Positions 1 through 10,484 of a stretch of 64,000 nt of DNA are shown here, piece after piece. Position numbers and translations under genes: made by a program. Each line of letters starts with the position of its first letter. The first letter of the stretch is position 1. Source of the stretch: an uncultured delta proteobacterium (GTDB lineage Bacteria > Myxococcota_A > Polyangia > Polyangiales > B10-G4); the NCBI GenBank assembly GCA_963727445.1, contig CAVSGI010000010.1, positions 1,024,001 through 1,088,000 of the forward strand, given 5' to 3'. The notes beneath the pieces were generated by a model. That model did not search any database. It was not told the origin of the DNA and was given only the letters and a program-made list of their open reading frames with translations.

Positions 1-165
1 GGTCTCGCTGTCGTTGATCGAGACCACCATCCGATGCGCGGTCACCACCGACGGCTGGCCGACCGGAGCGAAGCACCCCCCGCAGGCATGAGCCGTTTTC
101 GGCACGAGGGCGCAGGTCGAGAGTGCGGCGGCCAAAAGGCCGACGTGAGAAGCCAAGCGAAGCAT
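1..165 (-). CDS. DUF2330-family secreted protein, N-terminal part (runs off the window edge)
   Basis: Manual translation MLRLASHVGLLAAALSTCALVPKTAHACGGCFAPVGQPSVVTAHRMVVSINDSET; signal peptide plus ACGGCF motif; GGAGG upstream. Confidence 0.65.
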   Translation of the reverse strand, partial: MLRLASHVGLLAAALSTCALVPKTAHACGGCFAPVGQPSVVTAHRMVVSINDSET

Positions 166-333
166 GTCGTTCCTCCATGCGCCGATCACGGCGCAGCTGC
201 GCCCTCCTACGGCAAGCGCCGTTCCAACCGCTGGCGCGCGTCTTCGTCGGCGCTTCCGCGCGACCCGTGACGCCCGCGCCCCGGGGCGGCACACGCTGAC
301 ACGCGTCCGATGTCGGTCTGCTATCGTCGGCTG

Positions 334-1725
334 GTGCTGGACTGGATCGCGCCTTTTCGCTTCAGCCCGCCCGGCGAAACGGAAGTGCGCGTGGAGGGTG
401 ACCTACCGCCCGACCTCCGGGGCAGGCTCCTCCGCACCACACCCGCCGGGCTCTCGCGCGGGACCTTTCACGCCCGGCACTGGTTCGACGGGTTGTGCAT
501 GCTCTACCGCTTCGATCTGCGGGAGAAGCCGACCTTTCGGAGCCGCTGGCTCGAGAGCGATTTCCTCCGCCAGGTGGACAGCGGCCGGCGTCCCGACGCC
601 ACCTTCGACACGCCCAGGAACCCGAACTTCTGGCACTGGCTCCTCCACCCCATCCCACCGCAGTACGACAACTGCAACGTGAACACGCTGAAGCTCGGCG
701 AGAGCTACCTCGCGCTCACCGAGACCTATCGGACGCTGGAGGTCGACCCGGAGACCCTCGCCGTGAAGCGACCTTACCCCTGGTCGGGTGCGCTCGGCCC
801 GAAGCTCCTACAGCTCGCTCACCCGCGCCTCCATCGGGAGCGCGGCGAGATGATCACGCTCTGCTCGAAGCTGGGGCCGACGAGCCAGATCCACGTCACC
901 GCCGCGAGCCCCACGGGGGAGCGGCGCGCGCTCAACACCTGGAAGACGCGCCGCTGGCCCTATCTCCACGACTTCGGCCTCACCGACACGCACGCGATCA
1001 TCATCGCGCACCCGTGGTCGGTGGACGCGCGCTTCATGCTCTGGGGCAAGAGCGGCCTGCTCCCCTACATTCGGCACCGTGACGCACCGACCCAGCTGGT
1101 GGTGCTGCCGCTCGACGGCGGCGAAGCGCGCATCTTCGAGACCGATCCGGGTTTCGTCTTCCACTTGTGGAACAGCCAGCAGCAGGGCGACGAGATCGTG
1201 CTGGACTTGATCGACCACGGCGGCGACGACGTGTTCGCCGATCTCGCCACCGACAACATCCTGCACGGCTGCCCGAAGCTCGGCGGCGCGCCCACACGCC
1301 TCAGGTTGGATCTGAAGGACGGCAAGGTCCGGCGCGAGTCGCTCGGCGACGAGCGCTGCGAGCTCCCGCGCATCCACTTTCGCGCCGTCCATCAGCGCCC
1401 CTATCGCTACGGCTACGCGGTGCGCGCCCGATGCAATGGCGAGGGTGACGCGCGGCGCTACGAGAGTCGCCTCCTCAAGCTCGACGTCGAGGGCGGAGCG
1501 ATGTGCTCCTTCGAAGAAGAGGAGTGGATCCCGGGCGAAGCCGTCTTCGTCCCCAAGGAGGACGCGCGCGAGGAGGACGACGGCTACCTCCTCTCGGTCG
1601 CCTCTCATCGCAAAGAAGAGCGGGCACAGCTCTGGATCCTGGAAGCGAAGGACATGTCGCTCCGCGCACGCCTCGAGGTGGACGTCGCCATCCCTCTCGG
1701 CTTCCACGGCAACTTCTATCGCTGA
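334..1725 (+). CDS. Carotenoid cleavage oxygenase (RPE65 family)
   Basis: HWFDG motif; four Fe-ligand His (LAHPR, YLHDF, VFHLW, GFHG); EDDGYLL. Start is GTG334 or ATG310. Confidence 0.9.
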   Translation: MLDWIAPFRFSPPGETEVRVEGDLPPDLRGRLLRTTPAGLSRGTFHARHWFDGLCMLYRFDLREKPTFRSRWLESDFLRQVDSGRRPDATFDTPRNPNFWHWLLHPIPPQYDNCNVNTLKLGESYLALTETYRTLEVDPETLAVKRPYPWSGALGPKLLQLAHPRLHRERGEMITLCSKLGPTSQIHVTAASPTGERRALNTWKTRRWPYLHDFGLTDTHAIIIAHPWSVDARFMLWGKSGLLPYIRHRDAPTQLVVLPLDGGEARIFETDPGFVFHLWNSQQQGDEIVLDLIDHGGDDVFADLATDNILHGCPKLGGAPTRLRLDLKDGKVRRESLGDERCELPRIHFRAVHQRPYRYGYAVRARCNGEGDARRYESRLLKLDVEGGAMCSFEEEEWIPGEAVFVPKEDAREEDDGYLLSVASHRKEERAQLWILEAKDMSLRARLEVDVAIPLGFHGNFYR

Positions 1726-1737
1726 CTTGCTCGGCGC

Positions 1738-3442
1738 CTACGGCTCCAACGACGAACACGCCCCCGAGTGCCCGCCTTCACAGGCGCGCTCGATGAGCTC
1801 CTGCGCCTTGTCCTCGTCGCGGATCTCTTCTATCGTCTGGTACATCATCCCCAGGGCGTAACAGGACTGCATGTCGCCGCCGTCGCATTGCCCCTGGAGC
1901 ATCCTCGCGCCGATGTTCAGGGCGGCGCCGTTGCCACCCTCGCCGTCCTGGCCGTTCTGCACCGCCTCCGCCAGCCCCGCGAGGTCGCCGAGCCCTTGGA
2001 GCAGACCCGGCATGGTCACCTCGTCGGCGTCGAGCCCCATTCGCGCCGCGTTGCCGCACGCGACGAGGTTGGTGGTGTGCCCATCGACCTCGAGGTCGGC
2101 GTACTGGACGTTCCACACGCCGCCGCTCTCGTTGGCGACGAAGGACACGGTGCCGCGCCCCTTCGAGCCGCTCACCGCGAAGGACCAATCGGCGTAGCCC
2201 GAGCCGCCCCCGGTCTCCAAGTTTCCGCAGCTCAGCCCCGGCGCCGCGCTGACCCCGGTCCCGAGCGTGTCGACGGCGCTCGGACAAGCTTCGATCATCT
2301 GGATCACCTGCGTCTCGGCCCCGTCCATCCCGCAGGAGCGGAAGAAGAGCGACGGCGCGATCATCGGGACCAGGAAGAGCAGCACCGGCGACAAGGTGAT
2401 GCATCCGACGGATGCCATGACGGCGCCCACGCGGCGGCCCGCTCCGCGGCCCATTCGCCGCTGCGCCTGGGCGTGGGCCTGTGCGCGCGCGGGGGCCGTG
2501 ATCTGTGCCTCCCACGCCTTCTGGTGGGGCTGCCCTGCCTCTTCGCGCGCGATCTCCGGCGGCCGGCCCGGGATAGGCGTCGAGGAGGATGCGCGCCTCT
2601 TCGTGGGGGTCGGCGCTGGCGGCGAGCGCACCCCGGAGCTCCCGGCGCGCGGAGACCGCGTCGCCGCTCCCCGCGAAGGCATGGGCCCGAACGAAGCGCG
2701 ACGCCTGCTCGCTCTCCTTCGCGATCGGTACCTCGGTCGGGTAGCGCCCCACCAACGCCATCACCTCGTCCCACTTCCCGTCGGCGAGCGCTTTCTTCGC
2801 ACGCGCGAGGCGCAGCGCGGAGTCCACTTCCAGATGAACGGGCTGCGGGTTCGCGTCCGCCACCCACGCATCGAAAGCCTCGCGGTCGCCGGCGTCGAGG
2901 GCGGCGCGCGCGAGGAAGAGGCGGAGGATGTCGCGCTGCCCGGGCTCGGAGACGAGGTGGATGGCGGTCTCGGCGACCGCGCGCGCGCGTGCGTCCTCGT
3001 CGTCGGCTGCGTAGAAGCGAGCAAGCCAGAACGCCGCACGAAAGGCCCGCGTCCCGCTCTGCCGGCTCGGCTGCGCGGTGGCCTCGGCGCGTGCTTGCTC
3101 CCACTCCTGCCGGAGCGCGGTCGCCGCGGCCGCGCGGGCCTCCTTGTTGGTGAGCATCGCCGCGAAGGCCTGCATGCCGTCTGGCGGGCGCGCGGAGAGC
3201 GGACCGTTCGGATCCTGCTTGCCCACCTGCGCGCGGAGCCCGGCGATGCGCGACGCTTCGTCGACGGGTGCGTGAGCCGCGTCCTTCGGGCGCACGACCA
3301 TGCGGAGCTGAGCGTTACAGAATCCGCATCGCGCTTCGGTGGCGCTGGCCTCGGTCACCACCGGACCGCCGCACTGATCGCACTCGACCGACTTCAGCTG
3401 ATAGGTGTAGGCGGTGCTCGCCACCGGCGCAGTGTGCGGCAT
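1738..3442 (-). CDS. Membrane protein with N-terminal Zn ribbon, helical/TPR-like region, TM, Coa1-like domain and Sel1-like repeat (frame break near 2555)
   Basis: CDQC...CGFC at N-terminus; downstream frame carries a TM, VSGSKGRGTV...W (Coa1-like) and CDGGDMQSCYALG (Sel1-like). Confidence 0.55.
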
Positions 3443-3500
3443 TTCCGCGCGCGGTCACAGGGGGCCTGTGCTCGCGCGGTGGAGTCGATGCTGCCGTCGG

Positions 3501-4214
3501 CTACGCGCTTCGCACGAAGCGCACCATCGGCCCCACGAAGGGTAGAACGGCGAGGAGCGCCGCGAGGGCGGCGACGCTGCCGAGGGCGTCGAGCATCAGC
3601 GGCTGAAGGGGCTGCTCCACCAGGAAGTGGGGTGCCTCGAAATAGGAGAGCGACGGCGCGAAGAAGATGCTGACGGCGAGGATGGGGGCGCCGATCAGGG
3701 CGACGAGCAACCCCCAGGTTCGACCGCGGGCGACGCCGAAGGTGCCGAGCCAGACGATGGACATGCCCACGATCACCGACAGGGCGACGGTCCCGCTCTG
3801 CTCCGGCGCCAGAGCGTAAGCCGCGGCGGGAACCAGACCGGCGCTGGCGAGCATCAGAGAGAGGCGCTGTCGACCGTGGAGGTGGTTCGGGACGAAGAAG
3901 GTCGACGCCAGCATCAGCGCGTGGGCGGCGAAGCCCACCGCGATCGAGGGCAGGTATCCCACCGCCCAGAAGGCCTGGATGAAGGCGCCGGTCCCGAAGA
4001 TTGCCAGCCCGCGCGCGAAGGGACGCGCGAAGGGCCGCGCTGTCCAGAGCCCCCCGGCGGCGACGAGGTAGAGGCCTCCGACGAGACACCAGGCGAGGAC
4101 CCAGTCGGTGCCGTTTCTCAGGAAGCCCCAGGCGGTGGTGAAGGCGGCGGCGCCGATCGCGAAGGTGAGGATGGCACAGAGGCGTGAGGCGAGGCGCCGT
4201 TCGGAGGACTCCAT
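3501..4214 (-). CDS. Multi-pass membrane protein, hypothetical
   Basis: About 8 hydrophobic segments; coding-like codon usage. Confidence 0.7.
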   Translation of the reverse strand: MESSERRLASRLCAILTFAIGAAAFTTAWGFLRNGTDWVLAWCLVGGLYLVAAGGLWTARPFARPFARGLAIFGTGAFIQAFWAVGYLPSIAVGFAAHALMLASTFFVPNHLHGRQRLSLMLASAGLVPAAAYALAPEQSGTVALSVIVGMSIVWLGTFGVARGRTWGLLVALIGAPILAVSIFFAPSLSYFEAPHFLVEQPLQPLMLDALGSVAALAALLAVLPFVGPMVRFVRSA

Positions 4215-4309
4215 GAAGTGTGTTACGCCCGGCCCGCACTGCACATTCCGTGAGCATCACGGCGAGATGTGATTTTCGCGATGCCTGATGTAGGGCGGAG
4301 TGCGCGGAC

Positions 4310-5893
4310 TCAGCGCTCGCGGCGACGAAAGGCGAGCATCACCCCGAGCGCGAGCAGCCAGCTCGAGCGCGCGGGCCCGCCGCTCGCGCTGCATCCGCCA
4401 CCTTCCTCCATCATCATCTCCGCGGGCGGCGGCGGGGCGCCGGGCTGGGGCGTGAGGTAGAGATGGCCGGTGACGACCCGGAGCGCGCCGGCGATGAGGA
4501 GCTCCGCGCGGACTCGGCCCTCGTTCATTCCGTAGGGGGCGTCGAGGTCGACCGAGACGTCGAAAGGATTGGCGTCGACGTCGATGAGCGAGACGGGCTC
4601 ACCATCCACCACGAAGCGGAGCTGGCTCCCCATGCCGCCCGTGACCCGAGCGGTGAAGGTCGTCGTCGGGCCCGGCACCGTGTCCCCGGGCATCGCGTCG
4701 CCGGCGGTGAGCTCCACCATCGGGTCGTCGGGGCCCTCGAGCTTCACCACGGTGCGGCCGCGGCGGATGCCCTCGAGGATGGCGTCAGCCGAGAGCCCCT
4801 CTGCGAAGATCATCGTCGTCGGGGAGCCGATCGGACTGTGCAGGGCATCGGTCGACGTGCCGCCGTCGTGGTCGTCGCTCCCGCCGATGGGCGCGATGTG
4901 GGCGCCGGAGTCGAGCATCCCCTCCCACATGTCGATGACCAGCGGGGTGAAGATCGAGCCCGCGGCCGACCAGGCCCCCGTTCCGATCTCGATGGCGTCG
5001 ATCTGTGCGGAATCCACGTCGTGCTTCCAGGCGCAGCCGATGCACGAGAGGCCGAGGTCGAGCGCGGCGTGGTTGATTGAGAAGAGCGCGCCCTGGGCGT
5101 GATAGGCGTCGATCGCGCCGTCGATGGTCACACCCGGCTCACCGATGCGGTGGCTGACCCATTCGGTGGCGCCGATACCGTTCGCGTGCCCGGCGTAGGT
5201 CGTGAACTCCACGCCGGGCAGGAGCAGGATGTCGGCGTGCCGCGCCTGCGCGTCGTTCATCAGCGTGAGCTGGGAGGTGGTGTTGTGCTCGGAGAGCTCG
5301 ACGAAGTCGAGGCCGCGCGAACGGGCGAAGGTGGCGACCTCTTCGAGGCTCGGGTGCGCGTCGCCGCTCTCTCGGGAGTGCACGTGGAAGTCACCCGCAT
5401 AGTAACGAGACTCCATCGCGAGCGGCGCGGCCGGCGCGTACGAGCTCCGCTCGGTCATGGGCGTGAGGGTCGCCTCGGTGCGGAGCGTGATCTCGACGTG
5501 GTACCGCGCCGGCATCTCGACCAACTTCGCCTTGCCCACCACCACCTGCCACTCCCCGGCCGCGATCGGGCCCGGCAGATAGCTGCGCGACGCGGCCTCC
5601 TCTCCGACGATGGCGTTCTCTTCGTTGCCGCCGCCCCACCCTCGAAAGCCGCTGGGATCGTCGATGCCCCAGTCGAGGATGTTCATCTCCGACAGATCGT
5701 CGTGGCTCACCTCGATCTCGACCGTCCCCGCCGGCACGTCGAAGGGCAGATAGAAGAAGTCGCCGTCGGTGTCGGGCACGTCTCCTTCGAGCACGATCTG
5801 CGCCTCTGCGTTCGCGCTGAGCATCAACGAGAGGCCGAGGACGCAGGCAGGGAGCGGACCGCGGAGCAGACGCGTGGTGGCGAGCGAGCGCAT
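4310..5893 (-). CDS. PHP-domain (CehA/McbA-like) metallohydrolase with signal peptide and MYXO-CTERM anchor
   Basis: GDFHVHS, SEHN, GHAN, INH, GGSDDH motifs; C-terminal GGCS...LLALG...RRR; GGAGG RBS. Confidence 0.85.
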   Translation of the reverse strand: MRSLATTRLLRGPLPACVLGLSLMLSANAEAQIVLEGDVPDTDGDFFYLPFDVPAGTVEIEVSHDDLSEMNILDWGIDDPSGFRGWGGGNEENAIVGEEAASRSYLPGPIAAGEWQVVVGKAKLVEMPARYHVEITLRTEATLTPMTERSSYAPAAPLAMESRYYAGDFHVHSRESGDAHPSLEEVATFARSRGLDFVELSEHNTTSQLTLMNDAQARHADILLLPGVEFTTYAGHANGIGATEWVSHRIGEPGVTIDGAIDAYHAQGALFSINHAALDLGLSCIGCAWKHDVDSAQIDAIEIGTGAWSAAGSIFTPLVIDMWEGMLDSGAHIAPIGGSDDHDGGTSTDALHSPIGSPTTMIFAEGLSADAILEGIRRGRTVVKLEGPDDPMVELTAGDAMPGDTVPGPTTTFTARVTGGMGSQLRFVVDGEPVSLIDVDANPFDVSVDLDAPYGMNEGRVRAELLIAGALRVVTGHLYLTPQPGAPPPPAEMMMEEGGGCSASGGPARSSWLLALGVMLAFRRRER

Positions 5894-6090
5894 GGAGACC
5901 TCCAGGATAAGCCAGCAACGTGCCAGGCCGACGCCTTCGGCTCCGTGCGCTCTTTCTGGTGGCCTGGCGCACGAGCGAGAGCAGCCGTCCGTGCGTTCTC
6001 GCCCGACCGGCGCGAGGGTCGTTCATCTTCCGGGCGGTCTGATCGCGGTCTCGGCACCTGTCTCGTCAGCGCTGACGTATGCTCCGCCCG

Positions 6091-8084
6091 ATGCGCGTGG
6101 CCACGACTCTCCTCGTCGCGTTCCTCGCTGTCGCGTGTGGCGACGACGAGGAGCCGGCCCCGGCTCCGCCCGAGGCCACCCGACAGGCGCCCCCGCCCGA
6201 GACCACCGCGCCCGCGGAGCCGACGCCGGCCGATGATTCTCGTCGACTTCGTCGGCGCGGCGAGCGAGATGCACGCGCCGCCCGACGACGCGCCTGCCGA
6301 CGTCGACGTGAACGACGAGCTCGGTGTCGCGGCGTTGGTCGCGGCGCATCGACGCCGGATGACCGAGGAGCGCGAGGCTGCGGTGCACGTCGTGTCCTCG
6401 AACGATCCCCTCGAAGCGGGCCGGAGGCTGTGTGAAGAGGTCGTTCCGCGGCGCCCCCCGTCGACGCCGGTGCTGCTCAAGCCCAATCTCGCCGGCATCA
6501 ACCTCTTGCGCCCACACCGCCTCGACGACGGGATCCTGCTGCGCACGACCAGCATCGACTTCCTGCGCGGCGTCGTCCGCTGCCTGAAGGCGCGCGGGCA
6601 TCGCGAGATCAGCATCGTCGAAGGTTGGTCGCGGCCCGAGCAGCTCGAGGACTGGCAGCGCGCCACCGGCCTCGACCGCCTCCTCGAAGAAGAGGACATC
6701 CACTACTACGGCCTCTACGACGACCGCGGGCCGGACGGAGATTCTCGAGCCGACGCTGGCCGCGCCCTTCGAAGGTGCGACGCGGATCCACAACGGCCTG
6801 AGGATCCCGCGCATCGTCGCCCGCCACCTGCGGGACGGCCTCTTCATCTCGATCCCGAAGATGAAGATGCACCGATTCGCGGTGATGACCCTGAGCATCA
6901 AGAACAACATGGGCCTGGTGGTGCTCGACGGCGCCGAAGCGCCGAGGAGCGGCGCGGGCGGTATGCACCGCGAGATCGGGCCCTGGCTCCACCGCTTCCG
7001 CAGCGAGGACGTGGACGACCGCGACGCCTACGTCGCCGCCCTCGAGACCTTCTCCGAACGCATCGTCGATTTGCTCGAGATCGTGACCCCCGACGCCACC
7101 CTCATCGACGGCATCCCACCGGTGGCGGGGGACGGCTTCGCGCTGATGGAGCCGCTCCCCGAAGGCGTGGCCATCGGCAGCACCAACCCGGTCTTCGCCG
7201 ACGCGGTCGCCCTCGAGTACATGGGCCTGCTCGACAACGCCGATCTCGCGCGCGAGATCCACCACCCCACCTCGCCGCTGATCGAGGAAGCGGCGCGGCG
7301 CTTCTGGGGCAGCACCGACGTGCTTCGCGACATACGCATCGCCGGCGACGACTCCTTCCGTCGGGGCCGGCGCGTGGCGCACTATCGCGCCTTCCCCGGC
7401 TTCGACATAGGGCGCGCGCCCTCGCCCATGGGCGAGCTGCCGTGGATCGCGGCCGCCATGACCGCGCCACGGGCCGCCGAAGCACCCACCATCGATGGCA
7501 ACCTCGACGACGCGGCCTGGGCGCGCGCGCCGGTGGTGCCGATCACCACCGACTGGCGCGGCCGACCCGCTGGCCCCGAGACGCGCGTGCGCGCGGTGTG
7601 GACGCCAGAGGCCCTCTACTTCGCCTTCGACTGCGCCTACGAGACGCTGGCGATCGACGAGGACGCCCCGACCGACGTCGAGCACCCCGCGCTCTATCGC
7701 TTCGATGCGGTAGAGGTCTTCCTCGACGACAGTCCGCGCACCCGCGCCACCTACCGCGAATTCGAGATGGGCCCCGCCGGTCACTACATGGACATCGACG
7801 TCGACCGCGGGCGCCGTCCCCGCGGCGACGTCGCATGGTCGAGCGGCATGACGGTAGCCTCGCGGATCGACGAGGAAGCGCACCACTACTACGTCGAGGC
7901 CTCCATCCCCGCGGCCGCCCTCGGCCGCCCCGCCCTGCGCCCCGCGGAGTACAAGCTCGCCCTCTACCGCGTGAGCGGTCCCTCACAGACGCGGGTCCAT
8001 CAGGCGCGCTTCCCCACCTACACCGATCGCCCCAATTTTCACGTCCCAGAGCGCTTCGGCTGGCTCCGACTGGTCGGGCGCTGA
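6091..8084 (+). CDS. Lipoprotein with DUF362 domain and C-terminal CBM9-like sugar-binding domain (frame breaks near 6238 and 6743)
   Basis: Lipobox AVAC; VLLKPN, ISIPKMKMH, TLSIKNNMG (DUF362); APTIDGNLDDAAW...DAVEVFLD (CBM9-like). Confidence 0.7.
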
Positions 8085-8129
8085 ACGGGGTGGCGACGCC
8101 GCGTAGCTTGCCCCATAGTCGCGCTCGCC

Positions 8130-8420
8130 ATGGCCCAAGCCGACCCCGATCGCATCGTCCACTGCAAGAAGCTCGACCAGGATCTTCCCGGGCTGGCGAA
8201 GCCGCCCTTCCCCAACGACTTCGGTCAGTGGATTTACGAGAACATCTCCCACCAGGCCTGGGAGGATTGGCTCAAGGAGAGCGTCCGCTACATCAACACC
8301 TATCGCGTCGACCTGTCGAGCAAGCAGGGGACCGAGTTCATGGTGAAGCAGATGAAGATCCACTTCGGCCTCGAAGAGGGCGACAAGGCCGAGACCGCCT
8401 GGGTTCCCGAGAAGGAATGA
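8130..8420 (+). CDS. yggX: Fe(II)-trafficking / oxidative damage protection protein
   Basis: VHCKKL...GL...PFP...G.WIYENISHQAW..W...INTYR pattern. Confidence 0.9.
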   Translation: MAQADPDRIVHCKKLDQDLPGLAKPPFPNDFGQWIYENISHQAWEDWLKESVRYINTYRVDLSSKQGTEFMVKQMKIHFGLEEGDKAETAWVPEKE

Positions 8421-8433
8421 TCCGCGGTCGCCG

Positions 8434-9432
8434 ATGACGGTCGACCTCGATCTCTTCGTGCGCCTCGCCCTCGCGTGCGTTCAACGCGAGTACCCGAACC
8501 AGGTCGCGCTGCGCCTCTCGAGCGACGCGGATCTCCGCCCGCCGCGAGAGCTCACGCCCGCGTTCTACGGCTGTTATGACTGGCACTCCGCGGTGCACGG
8601 CCACTGGCTCTTGGCGCGCGCGGTCCGCATGGGGAGCCGCGAGTCGCGCGCGGCGCGCGCCGCGCTCGCGCGGAGCCTGACCGCGGAGAACGTCGCCGGC
8701 GAGCTCCTCTACCTCGACCCGCGTCCTGGGTTCGAGCGCCCCTACGGGCTCGCCTGGCTCCTGGCCCTTCATCTCGAGCTCGTGACCGCGGGCGACGCGG
8801 AGCTCACGCAGCTGGGCCGGACTCTCGCGCCCCTCGCCCATCTCGCCGCCGCGCGCTTCGAGGCGTGGCTGCCGAAGCTCAGCCATCCCGTCCGAAGCGG
8901 CGTGCACAGCCAGACGGCGTTCGCCATGGGCCTGCTGCTCGACTGGGCGCGCGGGACGAACGCGACCGAGGTCGAGGCGCTCGTCGAGCGCCGCGCTCGC
9001 GACTATCACGGAGAGGATCGCGACCTGCCGCTTCGTCTCGAGCCGTCGGGTGAGGACTTCCTCTCCCCGTCGCTCGGCGTCGCGGACCTGATGGCGCGCA
9101 TCTTCGCGCCAGAGCGCTACGCCGCGTGGCTCGACCAGGCCCTCCCTGCGCTGAGCGAGGACACGCTCGCGCCGGCCCGGGTCACCGACCCGAGCGACGG
9201 GCGCCTCGCGCACCTCGACGGGCTGAACCTGAGCCGCGCCTGGATGCTGCGCACCATCGCCTCCGCGCTCCCCGGTGACGACCTGCGGCGAGACGGGCTC
9301 GACGCGTGTGCCCGCAGTCACGCGCAGGCGGGTTTGTCGGCGATCACCGCTCGCCCCTACGAGGGGACGCATTGGCTCGGCACCTTCGCGACCTACCTCA
9401 TCACACACGCTTCGAGCGCTGGCACACGCTGA
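8434..9432 (+). CDS. DUF2891 family protein
   Basis: REYPN, PAFYGCYDWHSAVHGHW, FERPYGLAWLL, HLDGLNLSRAW, YEGTHWLGTFA. Confidence 0.9.
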   Translation: MTVDLDLFVRLALACVQREYPNQVALRLSSDADLRPPRELTPAFYGCYDWHSAVHGHWLLARAVRMGSRESRAARAALARSLTAENVAGELLYLDPRPGFERPYGLAWLLALHLELVTAGDAELTQLGRTLAPLAHLAAARFEAWLPKLSHPVRSGVHSQTAFAMGLLLDWARGTNATEVEALVERRARDYHGEDRDLPLRLEPSGEDFLSPSLGVADLMARIFAPERYAAWLDQALPALSEDTLAPARVTDPSDGRLAHLDGLNLSRAWMLRTIASALPGDDLRRDGLDACARSHAQAGLSAITARPYEGTHWLGTFATYLITHASSAGTR

Positions 9433-9529
9433 CACGCACCGCGCCGAGCGCGTCGGGGTCGTCGGCGCACGAGGGAAATTGCCCCCGTGATCCGCGCGGC
9501 ACACCGGTTGCACAACCCCACATCGGAGG

Positions 9530-10366
9530 ATGCGGATGGGTGGAACGAAGTCGGTGAGTCTCGGGGTGCTTCTGGTGATGCTGCTCGCGCCCGGCGTCGG
9601 TCGCGCACAGGAGCAGGAGGAGATCGACACGGTCTTCGAACCGCCGCCGAGCGCGGAGATGGAAGCGGCGGCAGAGACGGACGTTGAGCCCGCGGAGATG
9701 GAGGGCGTCGAGGCGCTCCCCCCGCCCCCGCCGACGGCGCGGCTCACCTCCACCTCCAGGCCGAACGTCCCCAGCGGCTATCGCCTCGGTCACGCGCGTA
9801 TCGGCTCGGCTCGTGCGTTCCTGCCGCCGGGGACCGTGGTGCGCACCCCCGGCGAGCCGGTCGACGAGCCCGAGACCGGCTCCCGGATCCCCCGCATCAT
9901 GACCCTCGCCCTCGCCGGCGGCGCGACCATGGTCGGTTCGAGCTTCGGCATGTACGAGGTCGGCTGCGCAACCCAGGGCGGTCACGGCAGCCCGGGGTGC
10001 ATGGCGGTGGGTTTGCCGATGGGGATCGCGGCGTCGCTCTCGCTCACGCCGCTCAGCGTCTTCCTCGCGGGCAAGCTCATGGATGGAAACGGCGGCTACG
10101 GCTGGACGCTCCTCGGCACCGCGGCTGGCACGGCGGCGGGCTTCTTGGGGGCGCTGGCGCTGCTCGCCGTGGGTCAGTTCGGCGACGTGAGCTACGTTCC
10201 GCTGATGATCGGTCCGACCCTCGGCGCCATCATCGCCTATGAGCTCTCCTCCGACACGAGCCGCAGCGCGGTCGAGGCGGCCGAGCGGGCAGTCCACGCC
10301 ACCATCACGCCCACGGTCGCGCCGATGAACGGGGGCGGCATGGTGGGCCTCGCCGGGACCTTCTGA
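9530..10366 (+). CDS. Secreted/membrane hypothetical protein
   Basis: Signal peptide, Gly-rich hydrophobic helices, C-terminal GLAGTF. Confidence 0.7.
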   Translation: MRMGGTKSVSLGVLLVMLLAPGVGRAQEQEEIDTVFEPPPSAEMEAAAETDVEPAEMEGVEALPPPPPTARLTSTSRPNVPSGYRLGHARIGSARAFLPPGTVVRTPGEPVDEPETGSRIPRIMTLALAGGATMVGSSFGMYEVGCATQGGHGSPGCMAVGLPMGIAASLSLTPLSVFLAGKLMDGNGGYGWTLLGTAAGTAAGFLGALALLAVGQFGDVSYVPLMIGPTLGAIIAYELSSDTSRSAVEAAERAVHATITPTVAPMNGGGMVGLAGTF

Positions 10367-10484
10367 ACCCAGGCTTTTTCGGCCCTCGGCGAAAAAAATC
10401 GCCCCTCGCCCAAACCTCCGCGCTTCGCCGTTGTCCCAAATCTGAACGCGCGGCCCACGGGAGAGGCGCCGCCGAGGAGGATGA

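Noticed and set aside
5910..5925. Sigma-54 promoter-like TGGCAC-N5-TGGC on the minus strand
   Set aside because: Imperfect -12 box, and the implied TSS would cut into the gene's GGAGG RBS
5099..8437. 1112-aa ORF
   Set aside because: Shadow frame; only about 6239-6742 is real, as the middle of the frameshifted DUF362 gene
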